From positions 320,001 through 384,000 of the forward strand of contig CAWJYV010000008.1 in assembly GCA_963847185.1 (NCBI GenBank): a stretch of 64,000 bases of DNA. Direction: 5' to 3'. The notes under the pieces were generated by a model that worked only from the letters and a program-made list of their open reading frames with translations, did not search any database and had not been told where the DNA came from. This DNA comes from an uncultured Methanosarcinaceae archaeon (GTDB taxonomy: Archaea; Halobacteriota; Methanosarcinia; Methanosarcinales; Methanosarcinaceae). Below are positions 10,083-18,118 of this stretch, piece by piece (positions within the stretch are counted from its first letter, which is position 1; each line of letters starts with the position of its first letter). The position numbers were made by a program, and so were the translations under genes.

Positions 10083-10915
10083 GCTTTGCGTTCCAAGCGA
10101 TATACTGGAGAGAAATGGTAAAGTTTTTTAGATTCAAATCCGTGCTCCTCAGTTCATTGATTCAGCCTGTGATGTGGCTGGCATTTTTTGGGCTTGCAAT
10201 GTCAGATAGTTTTGATAAATTAACTTCCATGATACCAAGCATTCCCGGTGTTCCAAACGTGGATTATCTTTCCTATATGGGTGCTGGAATAATTGCAATG
10301 GACGTGCTCTTTGCCAGCCTTTTTGGGGGTACTAATCTCTTATTTGATAAGAAATATAGTCTATTAAAAGAGACTATTGCAAGTCCTATCTCACGAGTTA
10401 ATATCATCCTAGGGGTTGGGCTTTCCGCTGTGACGAAATCTTTCATCCAGACGGCTATCATTATCGGATTTGGAGGACTGATTGGTATGAATTTCTTTAA
10501 GGGATACACTCCTGTTCAAACCCTTATATCAGTCGTGGGTATATTTGTACTGGTTGGAATTTTTACATTGGGATTCCTCTTCCTTTCAGGATCAATTGCT
10601 ATTACGGTTGATCAACCCGAAGGAATGCAGTCCATACTTACCTTTATTAGTATGCCATTATTTTTTGTGAGCAATGCACTTTATCCTGTCGATGGATTTC
10701 CTGAATTTATCAGGATCCTGTCGGTGTTTAATCCATTATCTCTCCTGGCAAACGGAGTTCGCTATTTCGCGTTAGGAACTAACTTCTCTGTAATGGGTAC
10801 CCATTACATTTATACGACAGCGGATATTGCCTTTTCATTTGTAGGACTAATAGTCTTTGCTCTCACAATGTTATCCGCCGTACTCTGGAGATTAAATAAA
10901 GTGAATATTTCTTAA
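10079..10915 (+). CDS. ABC-2 type exporter permease (DrrB-like)
   Basis: About six TM segments, NPLS motif, overlaps ATPase stop. Confidence 0.92.
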   Translation: MSFAFQAIYWREMVKFFRFKSVLLSSLIQPVMWLAFFGLAMSDSFDKLTSMIPSIPGVPNVDYLSYMGAGIIAMDVLFASLFGGTNLLFDKKYSLLKETIASPISRVNIILGVGLSAVTKSFIQTAIIIGFGGLIGMNFFKGYTPVQTLISVVGIFVLVGIFTLGFLFLSGSIAITVDQPEGMQSILTFISMPLFFVSNALYPVDGFPEFIRILSVFNPLSLLANGVRYFALGTNFSVMGTHYIYTTADIAFSFVGLIVFALTMLSAVLWRLNKVNIS

Positions 10916-11203
10916 TTTTCACTTTATTTTCTTCGGTCGTGGACATGAGTTATTGAAAACTGTAAGCATAAGAATCTCTCCATATTTCTCTCAAATACGG
11001 AAGACATACTCGCTTTTCGGAATTGATCAATAACCCGCGTACACAACCTTTTTTCTTAACTCCTGCTTTTATATGTCTTATTTCTGAAGATTACCTGCTT
11101 TACAGGTAGCTTTTTATTTAATATTTTATTTCTCTTTAGGTTCGATTTGTTTTCAGTTTGCTCATTACTAGTGATGATATTTTGATATTTAATTTTTAAA
11201 TAA

Positions 11204-11265
11204 ATTTATTCAGTCGGTTGCCCCGCTAGCTTGCTGTGGGATGCGCCAGCGCAACTTTGATTTTT
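11204..11265. repeat. Short GC-rich palindromic element resembling Methanosarcina IS-end/interspersed repeats
   Basis: ccccgctagcttgctgtggga-tgcgccagcgca hairpin-like island in AT-rich DNA; family assignment from memory only. Confidence 0.35.
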
Positions 11266-13229
11266 CAGAATATATTCTTCTAAGTGTTTCTAGAAGGTGG
11301 ATTTGCTGCATGGCTTAATAAAAACGAACTTTTTAAAAACTTTGGCTGCAATTGTATATTTTGAAAAAGTAACTTTTATTACTTTTCTGCATGCTGACTG
11401 AAAAAGACAATGCCAGTGTCATTGAACTTAAAGCCTCAACTCCTAAAGTCTATCATAAATATAAAGAAGCACATATCTCAGGAGCGATCTTTTGGAAATG
11501 CATCTCCACTTTGTAGTGATTAAAATAACAGGACTACCCTGTTTTAAATGGATATAGGCCGCTTCTGAGGTCATCTGCGCTGAATCTGAAGGCAATTCTG
11601 AAGGATAGTTTGAAGAATAGACCTTTTGCCTGAGACAAGCTCAATTGTACTGTTTATGCTATGAATCTAATTATTACAAGCTTTAAAGACACTCCATTGT
11701 GATCAGTTGATACTTTAAGGGACCTATATCCTTGCGCAGACCTAATGTCTGTTTATTTAAGTAATCCCATCTCTTTCGCATGTCTTTTTCTCCCTTTTCT
11801 GAGATCCATTATTATCTTGTCTCAAAGTCAAATTTCTTAAAAGAATATTATCACAGAACTTTGCCATATCTGGAATGCAAACTGGTTTTGACTATGAAAG
11901 GTGTTTATATGTAACTTTTATTAACCTAGCTGTAAGCACCTTTTTTAGATATGATATAAGTCAAGGTCATCTCTCATTATACGGTTGATGTTTTCATGGT
12001 TAATTTTCCGATGTAGAAATGCTTATATTTTGTGCATTAAAGCACGTCTACTATAACACACTGAATCATCTTACCAAACTGCAAAAAAGATATGATGCGA
12101 CACTAGGAGTGTTTTGGGATATAACATCAACCAACTAATAGTGCACGATCAAAGTCAATTATAACTCGAAATAAAGTGCAAAGCGCTTATATCCAGACTT
12201 ATTCTACTTCGCCATTAAAATAGTAATTTAAGGACTGAAATTACTTATGAAAATTATTACCTTCTATATTTTTACTGACACTCTACGTCAATTTTCTAAC
12301 ATATAATTTTCTTAATATATAACCTTATATATTCTCAAAAGCATCTGATTTCAGTGTTCTCTCTTTCTCGTTTTTAATATCTAATTATATCTAATAAAGT
12401 AAAGTTTATTCCTAAAGTACATAATATTATAGGGTTTACTAATGGCTCTCGGTGCGTTTTTATGGTGACGAAATATGGAGCCAAAAGTACAAGACTTTTA
12501 GATTTCGATTTTAAAGTTTCAAGCGTAAACATGATTAAGAAAAATAAATTTAAATAAAGATAAGAATTAATTGGAATGTTAAATTTGAAGGAAAAAAACT
12601 CTTCTCCATGATAGTTGGATTGCACATGATGGAGAAATCCCAGGATCTGCATTTGTTGGATGATTCGAGGTCTGATATTTCGTAAAAAAAAAGATACTTG
12701 CAAAATAAATATATGATCTTCTTTATCTATAATTCTAGGACTATTTTCTGCTTTTTTTAGTAAAATCATTCATTTTAGTACCTATAAATTAATTAAGCTG
12801 ATAGATTGAGTTTATTTTTTCCTTTTATCATTTAATTTTTCCTATTTTGCCAAAAAAAAGGTTAAAGACTTTCTTTTATATACAATTTAAAATAATTTCT
12901 GAAATATTTCTTTATTTTGGAAGTGCTTCCTCTTTTTCCCGATAAATAGTTCCTGATTTTCGGAACTATTTAGTGATAAGTAAAAATTATTCTATATGCT
13001 TTATATAAATTAAAGATATATGTTTATATATACTCATCTGCAAGGAAATATTTAGATATGTTAATCCAAAAAAGTAATACCTCATTGTAATATATTTTTG
13101 GATCTGAATTGTAGTGAGTATCGCATATTTGTGGGAATATAATACATTGGTATAGAAAACATATGTATATGTTTTCTCAAAGGTTGCGAAAAAGGAATAA
13201 TCAGAGATAAAACTTTAGGGAGGGATATA

Positions 13230-13322
13230 ATGTTTGCATATGATTTCTTTGTGAACTTTGCTTTGATTTCAGCATACAAAGCAACAGTCTGTGCACAGAT
13301 TACCCAAGTAATTGTCGGGTAA
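13230..13322 (+). CDS. Micropeptide family A1, 30 aa MFAYDFFVNFALISAYKATVCAQITQVIVG
   Basis: SD gggaggg upstream; paralog of the three following ORFs. Confidence 0.8.
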   Translation: MFAYDFFVNFALISAYKATVCAQITQVIVG

Positions 13323-13404
13323 ATTAGATGGATAATAAGGAATTCACTCTCGAAGGATTTCCATTGTATTGTAGTGAGAACTATATTGAAAGGGGGAAAA
13401 TCAA

Positions 13405-13497
13405 ATGTTTGCATACGATTTTTTTGTTAATGTGGCTCTGATTAAAGCATACAAAGCAAAAGTTTGTGCAGAGATTACCCAAGTAATTATCGGGTAA
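13405..13497 (+). CDS. Micropeptide family A2, 30 aa MFAYDFFVNVALIKAYKAKVCAEITQVIIG
   Basis: SD aggggg; synonymous and conservative changes versus A1. Confidence 0.8.
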   Translation: MFAYDFFVNVALIKAYKAKVCAEITQVIIG

Positions 13498-13577
13498 ATT
13501 GAGACAAATAATAAGGATTCATTCTAGAAGATTTTACCATATTAAAATAGAGAATATACTGAAAGGAGGAAAATTAA

Positions 13578-13679
13578 ATGTATTGGTTTTCACAGGACTT
13601 TTTTGTTAATCTGGCCCTAGTTGACGCATACAAAGCAAAAGTTTACGCAGGAATTACACAGGTAATCGTCGAATTATAA
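13578..13679 (+). CDS. Micropeptide family A3, 33 aa MYWFSQDFFVNLALVDAYKAKVYAGITQVIVEL
   Basis: SD aggagg; in-frame length variation relative to A1/A2/A4. Confidence 0.8.
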   Translation: MYWFSQDFFVNLALVDAYKAKVYAGITQVIVEL

Positions 13680-13714
13680 GATTCACGTAAATAAACTTAA
13701 AGGAGGAAAATCAA

Positions 13715-13807
13715 ATGTTTGCATATGATTTCTTTGTCAATATAGCCCTGGTTAAAGCATGCAAGGCACAAGTTTACGCAGGAATTACCCAGGTAATCAT
13801 CGGATAA
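13715..13807 (+). CDS. Micropeptide family A4, 30 aa MFAYDFFVNIALVKACKAQVYAGITQVIIG
   Basis: SD aggagg; followed by hairpin at 13836-13858. Confidence 0.8.
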   Translation: MFAYDFFVNIALVKACKAQVYAGITQVIIG

Positions 13808-13835
13808 ATTAAAAAATACAAAAAATTGAATTGAG

Positions 13836-13858
13836 AGTTGCCTGTTTTACATGCAACT
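13836..13858 (+). terminator. Hairpin agttgcctgttttacatgcaact followed by T-run
   Basis: Imperfect inverted repeat; related copies at 14090, 14329 and 16061. Confidence 0.5.
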
Positions 13859-13984
13859 TTTTGGGTCTATAAAACAGTTTCAGTGGTTGCCTCTTAAAGA
13901 TATAATGGACAATCTCCTGGATTCGTTTGTCTTTAATTGGCGACCAATTAATCTATAGAGTTATAAATAAATGGGGGAAAAGTA

Positions 13985-14077
13985 ATGATAGTTTTACCAT
14001 CAATAAATATAAACATGGCGTGGGTATTCGTAATTCTTTCCAAGAATATCGGCGTTTTCATAAATCAGAATATCTAA
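13985..14077 (+). CDS. Micropeptide family B1, 30 aa MIVLPSININMAWVFVILSKNIGVFINQNI
   Basis: SD ggggg; differs from B2 mostly at third codon positions. Confidence 0.75.
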   Translation: MIVLPSININMAWVFVILSKNIGVFINQNI

Positions 14078-14089
14078 TTTAAATTAAAA

Positions 14090-14112
14090 AGTTGCATGTT
14101 TTGCATGCAATT
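14090..14112 (+). terminator. Hairpin gttgcatgttttgcatgcaa after B1
   Basis: Inverted repeat just downstream of stop codon. Confidence 0.5.
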
Positions 14113-14227
14113 CTTAGGCCGTAGTAATCTAATAGATATTCTAGATATGGACAAATCTCTGGATTCATTTGTCTTTAACTGATGACCAATTAATCCATAC
14201 GTTTAGAAAGAAATGGAGGGAGAAATA

Positions 14228-14320
14228 ATGATAGTCTTACCATCAATAAATATAAACATGGCATGGGTATTCGTAATTCTTTCAAGGAATATCGGCGTTT
14301 TCATAAATCAAAGCATCTAA
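14228..14320 (+). CDS. Micropeptide family B2, 30 aa MIVLPSININMAWVFVILSRNIGVFINQSI
   Basis: SD ggaggg; GTT/GTC, GCG/GCA, TCC/TCA, CAG/CAA synonymous changes versus B1. Confidence 0.75.
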   Translation: MIVLPSININMAWVFVILSRNIGVFINQSI

Positions 14321-14328
14321 ATTTAATG

Positions 14329-14355
14329 AAAGTTGCATGTTTTGCATGCAACTTT
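14329..14355 (+). terminator. Hairpin aaagttgcatgttttgcatgcaacttt after B2
   Basis: 11 bp inverted repeat plus T-run. Confidence 0.55.
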
Positions 14356-15066
14356 TTAGGTCGTAGTAATCTCAATAGCCATATCTTCTAGTATAATGGA
14401 CAAATTCCCTGGATTCATTTATCTAGAGTTGATGGCTATAGATTCTCTATTTACTTTCATGGCTTAGTTTTTTATCTTTCTCTGCGTTCACTAGACTTTT
14501 ATTCAATTAGATACAATTTTAAGGCTGTTATTTTGTCCTCTGGCGTGTTTCAAGATTGTATCAATATAATATTGTACTCGTTAAATATAATGTCTAATGA
14601 AATACAAATAAGAAACTGACATTAAAATGCAGTTAGTTAATTCGTTTTTTTCTTTGCCTATTTGCTGGTCGAAATTTCTCTATTTAATCCTACTATTTAT
14701 ATATACATATTTGCAAAATTAATCATGTCATAGCAGATAACCAAAACGTAAAGTAATGAAAAAATATAATTTTACACTTGAATAGTCTTCTACTTAAAGG
14801 TGAATATCTAAATTGAAATAAATTCAAAAATAGAAATTCAGTATGAGTCAGAAAAGTACTTCTCAAAGTATCCAAAGTTAGTATTAATAGCTTAATTTCA
14901 AATCTTTTAATTATTGTGTGTTTAATTTTTATATTCGAAATATCTATTAATCGAGTTATTTGGATACCTGAGTAGTTGTCAAAAGTTACTTGTGTATATT
15001 TAGGCGTTTTGGCATTTTAATCCAATTTTGGTGATATAATTAACTTCTCAACAATTTATTCTATTC

Positions 15067-15174
15067 TTATAAATGTCTGAAATTCCTCAGAGAGTTTCCT
15101 CCGATTTGTATGAATTTTATGCGTATAATCTGGATCATAATATTAATCTTTGTGTAACTGAAGTAAAGGAACAT
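15067..15174 (-). CDS. Divergent family C-like micropeptide, 35 aa MFLYFSYTKINIMIQIIRIKFIQIGGNSLRNFRHL
   Basis: SD ggggag 8 nt upstream; ungapped alignment to family C (F5, Y7, K/R-F/Y-I-Q at 20-23). Confidence 0.55.
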   Translation of the reverse strand: MFLYFSYTKINIMIQIIRIKFIQIGGNSLRNFRHL

Positions 15175-16060
15175 ATAATCTTCTCCCCTTGTTTAATATA
15201 TCTCTTTTCATTTGTTTTAGTGCTTTCTTCTAATTGATAAATTGGATTTAAGATCCCCACATTATTTTTCTTTTTTTCACAATCGCTATTGCATCTCTAT
15301 TAGATCTTTTTAGTGATGTGTTAATCTTTTTAATCAACTCCTTATTAGATTACTACTCTTCGACATGTTTCTTGAAACTATGGTAAGTTCAAACTGCTAA
15401 ATTTATTTTGAATCAAATCATGGGCATCTTTTTCATTTGAGTCTGATAATTCTAATTGTCTAATCGAAGAGTTTCTATATACAGTTATATCATTAATTTA
15501 TATGTACTGTAGAGAACAATTACTCCTTACAATTTATAGTGTTTAAATATTTGAATACAGAATTCCTGCAGAGAAAAAAATTTTAAAATTTATTTTTTAA
15601 AAAATTAATAAATACATAGAATTTATATGTCTTTTTTGTTCTGCAATAATGTTAATTATGCGAAAATATTCGGGATGAAAAGTAAAGAATTAATGAAGAG
15701 AATCTTTATCTATAATCTAAAGTTAAATAAGAATATAAATTCGAAATATATAGGTGCAAGGGATAGCTCCCTCTATATTTTATGGAGTTATAAAAATTAC
15801 TTTAATTTATATTTCTCTAAGTAAAATTAATATTTTATAGGCTAACCAAGATATGTTCACTCTTTTCGAAGATATTTTAGTCTCGTCTTTTTATATAGTT
15901 CGCATCCCTGTCTAAATGTTGATAGTTTGTATATTCTTGAGGTTTATTTCATAGCCCAAAATCAGTGTGTTGAGAAGCAAACTTTTTAGTTTTTAAAATA
16001 AGTAATTCATTTAATATGTTTTTATTTATATATCTACATATTAATATATGTAGAAATTTA

Positions 16061-16085
16061 AAGTCGCCTGTTTTGCGGGCGACTT
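16061..16085 (-). terminator. Hairpin aagtcgcctgttttgcgggcgactt at the end of the minus-strand micropeptide array
   Basis: Variant of the 13836/14090/14329 hairpin with compensatory stem changes. Confidence 0.55.
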
Positions 16086-16182
16086 CTTAATTTCTATTGT
16101 TGCGCATTGTCTATGATTATGAGTTATGCCACAAGCTTATGACTTATTTTATTCTCTCATAAATCTCTCTCATCTTGAGGCT

Positions 16183-16260
16183 TTAATCGCACTGAATGTA
16201 TCTGAACCATGTCTTATCAAAGGTCTTACTTACACAAAGATATTCAAACAGGATGGACAT
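16183..16260 (-). CDS. Micropeptide family C, 25 aa MSILFEYLCVSKTFDKTWFRYIQCD
   Basis: SD ggagg; last of ten paralogs in transcription order. Confidence 0.82.
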   Translation of the reverse strand: MSILFEYLCVSKTFDKTWFRYIQCD

Positions 16261-16341
16261 TGAAACTTCCTCCATTATCTTTTTATCTGTTAGTCAGTTT
16301 TATTCATTAAGTTTCAATTAAATTTTAACCAGCTAATTTGG

Positions 16342-16419
16342 TTAAAATTCGAAGCAGAACTCTATACCAAGGCCTGCAACAGCTTTAAATAAGTTGGAAA
16401 GGTTAAATACAAATATCAT
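16342..16419 (-). CDS. Micropeptide family D, 25 aa MIFVFNLSNLFKAVAGLGIEFCFEF
   Basis: SD ggagtgggg; stop codon lies within an 11 bp hairpin arm. Confidence 0.78.
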   Translation of the reverse strand: MIFVFNLSNLFKAVAGLGIEFCFEF

Positions 16420-16464
16420 TTTATCCCCACTCCTTTTGGTTTTCTGGCGCTGAATTTGTGTATC

Positions 16465-16539
16465 TTAACACTGAATGTATCTGAACCACTCAAGGTTGTA
16501 AGTCTTACTAACACAGAGATATTCAAACAGGATGGACAT
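16465..16539 (-). CDS. Micropeptide family C, 24 aa MSILFEYLCVSKTYNLEWFRYIQC
   Basis: SD gaggga; paralog. Confidence 0.82.
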   Translation of the reverse strand: MSILFEYLCVSKTYNLEWFRYIQC

Positions 16540-16596
16540 TGGAACTCCCTCTACTCTTTATTTTACTTGCGAATTTAACAACTCAGTTTTTATATC

Positions 16597-16671
16597 TTAA
16601 CACTGAATGTATCTGAACCACTCGAGGTTGTAGGTCTTGCTAATGCACAGGTATTCAAACAGTATGGACAT
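16597..16671 (-). CDS. Micropeptide family C, 24 aa MSILFEYLCISKTYNLEWFRYIQC
   Basis: SD ggggga; many synonymous changes versus the neighbour. Confidence 0.82.
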   Translation of the reverse strand: MSILFEYLCISKTYNLEWFRYIQC

Positions 16672-16755
16672 TTAAATCTCCCCCATTCTTTTTATGTGTA
16701 TTTTAGTCAGTTTTTATTAATTAAGTTTCAATTAAATTTTAACCAGCTAATTTGG

Positions 16756-16833
16756 TTAAAATTCGAAGCAGAACTCTATACCAAGGCCTGCAACAGCTTT
16801 AAATAAGTTGGAAAGGTTAAATACAAATATCAT
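16756..16833 (-). CDS. Micropeptide family D, 25 aa MIFVFNLSNLFKAVAGLGIEFCFEF
   Basis: SD ggagtgga; 414 bp from previous D copy. Confidence 0.78.
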   Translation of the reverse strand: MIFVFNLSNLFKAVAGLGIEFCFEF

Positions 16834-16877
16834 TTTATCTCCACTCCCTTTTGGTTTTCTGTCATTTAATTTGTGTT

Positions 16878-16952
16878 TTAACACTGAATGTATCTGAACC
16901 ATGTCATGTTAAAGGTCTTACTAACACAGAGATATTCGAACAGTATGGACAT
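16878..16952 (-). CDS. Micropeptide family C, 24 aa MSILFEYLCVSKTFNMTWFRYIQC
   Basis: SD aaggga; paralog. Confidence 0.82.
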   Translation of the reverse strand: MSILFEYLCVSKTFNMTWFRYIQC

Positions 16953-17010
16953 TTCGATTCCCTTTACTCTTTATGTCGCTTGTGAACTCAACTGATTTAA
17001 TCTCGATCTC

Positions 17011-17085
17011 TTAACACTGAATGTATCTGAACCACTCGAGGTTGTAGGTCTTGCTAATGCACAGGTATTCAAACAGTATGGACAT
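17011..17085 (-). CDS. Micropeptide family C, 24 aa MSILFEYLCISKTYNLEWFRYIQC
   Basis: SD aggaga; 414 bp from the 16671 copy. Confidence 0.82.
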   Translation of the reverse strand: MSILFEYLCISKTYNLEWFRYIQC

Positions 17086-17169
17086 TTAAATCTCTCCTAC
17101 TCTTTTTATGTTTATTTCAGTAAGTTTTTATTCATTAAGTCTCAATTAAATTTTAACCAACTAATTTGG

Positions 17170-17247
17170 TTAAAATTCGAAGCAGAACTCTATACCAAGG
17201 CCTGCAACAGCTTTAAAGAAGTTGTTAAGGTTAAATACAAATATCAT
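17170..17247 (-). CDS. Micropeptide family D, 25 aa MIFVFNLNNFFKAVAGLGIEFCFEF
   Basis: SD ggagtgga; two substitutions versus the other D copies. Confidence 0.78.
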   Translation of the reverse strand: MIFVFNLNNFFKAVAGLGIEFCFEF

Positions 17248-17293
17248 TTTATCTCCACTCCCCTTTGGTTTTTTGTCATTTAATTTGAGTATC

Positions 17294-17368
17294 TTAACAC
17301 TGAATGTATCTGAACCATGTCATGTCAAAGGTCTTGCTAACACAGAGATATTCAAATAGTATGGACAT
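17294..17368 (-). CDS. Micropeptide family C, 24 aa MSILFEYLCVSKTFDMTWFRYIQC
   Basis: SD ggaggg; paralog. Confidence 0.82.
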   Translation of the reverse strand: MSILFEYLCVSKTFDMTWFRYIQC

Positions 17369-17412
17369 TTCAATTCCCTCCTCTCTTTATGTCGCTTACG
17401 AGTTCAACTAAG

Positions 17413-17537
17413 AGCCTATCCGAAAAATGTTGTGAGCTACTGTAACTTTTGAAAGTGACAATATACACAACTTCACTAGCACTCGATAATATGACTCGTA
17501 ACTTCTCGAGATGCATTAATGACTTTTCGGATAGGCT
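17413..17537. mobile_element. 125 bp MITE inserted between two family C genes
   Basis: Perfect 14 bp TIR agcctatccgaaaa / ttttcggataggct; absent from homologous spacers of the array. Confidence 0.75.
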
Positions 17538-17555
17538 TCATTCATTTCCCGCAGT

Positions 17556-17633
17556 TTAGCAGCACTGAATGTATCTGAACCATGTCATGTTAAAGGTCTT
17601 GCTAACACAGAGATATTCGAACAGTATGGACAT
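17556..17633 (-). CDS. Micropeptide family C, 25 aa MSILFEYLCVSKTFNMTWFRYIQCC
   Basis: SD ggaggg; extra in-frame TGC codon. Confidence 0.82.
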   Translation of the reverse strand: MSILFEYLCVSKTFNMTWFRYIQCC

Positions 17634-17691
17634 TTCAATTCCCTCCACTCTTTATTTTACTTGCTAATTCAACTAACTCAATTTTTAGATC

Positions 17692-17766
17692 TTAGCACTG
17701 AATGTATCTGAACCATGTCATGTTAAAGGTCTTGCTAACACAGAGATATTCGAACAGTATGGACAT
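17692..17766 (-). CDS. Micropeptide family C, 24 aa MSILFEYLCVSKTFNMTWFRYIQC
   Basis: SD ggaggg; part of identical 133 bp tandem units. Confidence 0.82.
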   Translation of the reverse strand: MSILFEYLCVSKTFNMTWFRYIQC

Positions 17767-17824
17767 TTCAATTCCCTCCACTCTTTATTTTACTTGCTAA
17801 TTCAACTAACTCAATTTTTAGATC

Positions 17825-17899
17825 TTAGCACTGAATGTATCTGAACCATGTCATGTTAAAGGTCTTGCTAACACAGAGATATTCGAACAGTATGGACAT
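17825..17899 (-). CDS. Micropeptide family C, 24 aa MSILFEYLCVSKTFNMTWFRYIQC
   Basis: SD ggaggg; part of identical 133 bp tandem units. Confidence 0.82.
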   Translation of the reverse strand: MSILFEYLCVSKTFNMTWFRYIQC

Positions 17900-17957
17900 T
17901 TCAATTCCCTCCACTCTTTATTTTACTTGCTAATTCAACTAACTCAATTTTTAGATC

Positions 17958-18035
17958 TTAGCAGCACTGAATGTATCTGAACCATGTCATGTTAAAGGTC
18001 TTGCTAACACAGAGATATTCGAACAGTATGGACAT
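17958..18035 (-). CDS. Micropeptide family C, 25 aa MSILFEYLCVSKTFNMTWFRYIQCC
   Basis: SD ggaggg; first C copy in transcription order. Confidence 0.82.
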   Translation of the reverse strand: MSILFEYLCVSKTFNMTWFRYIQCC

Positions 18036-18118
18036 TTCAATTCCCTCCACTCTTTTACTTTCTCTTTGCTTAATTTTGCCGTCAATTTAGACTGGATTCT
18101 AATCTAAACCATTTTTAG

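Noticed and set aside
11400-12000. Possible decayed gene or transposase remnant
   Set aside because: Manual translation gave no recognisable motif; BLASTX would be needed
12374-12769. 131 aa minus-strand ORF
   Set aside because: Composition typical of chance ORFs in AT-rich DNA, no motif or clear RBS
13082-13414. 110 aa minus-strand ORF in the track
   Set aside because: Antisense shadow of the family A genes; RBS and synonymous-change evidence support the plus strand
13906-14470. ATG GAC AA.. mini-ORFs in the repeated element upstream of family B genes
   Set aside because: Frame and length are not conserved among the three copies and there is no RBS; better explained as a non-coding element
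15853-15915. 20 aa plus-strand ORF MFTLFEDILVSSFYIVRIPV faintly like the family C start
   Set aside because: No RBS, opposite strand to family C, similarity too weak
16183-18055. CRISPR array interpretation of the regular repeats
   Set aside because: Repeats are 75 bp or longer, spacers are homologous to each other rather than unique, variation follows codon positions, and no cas genes are in the window
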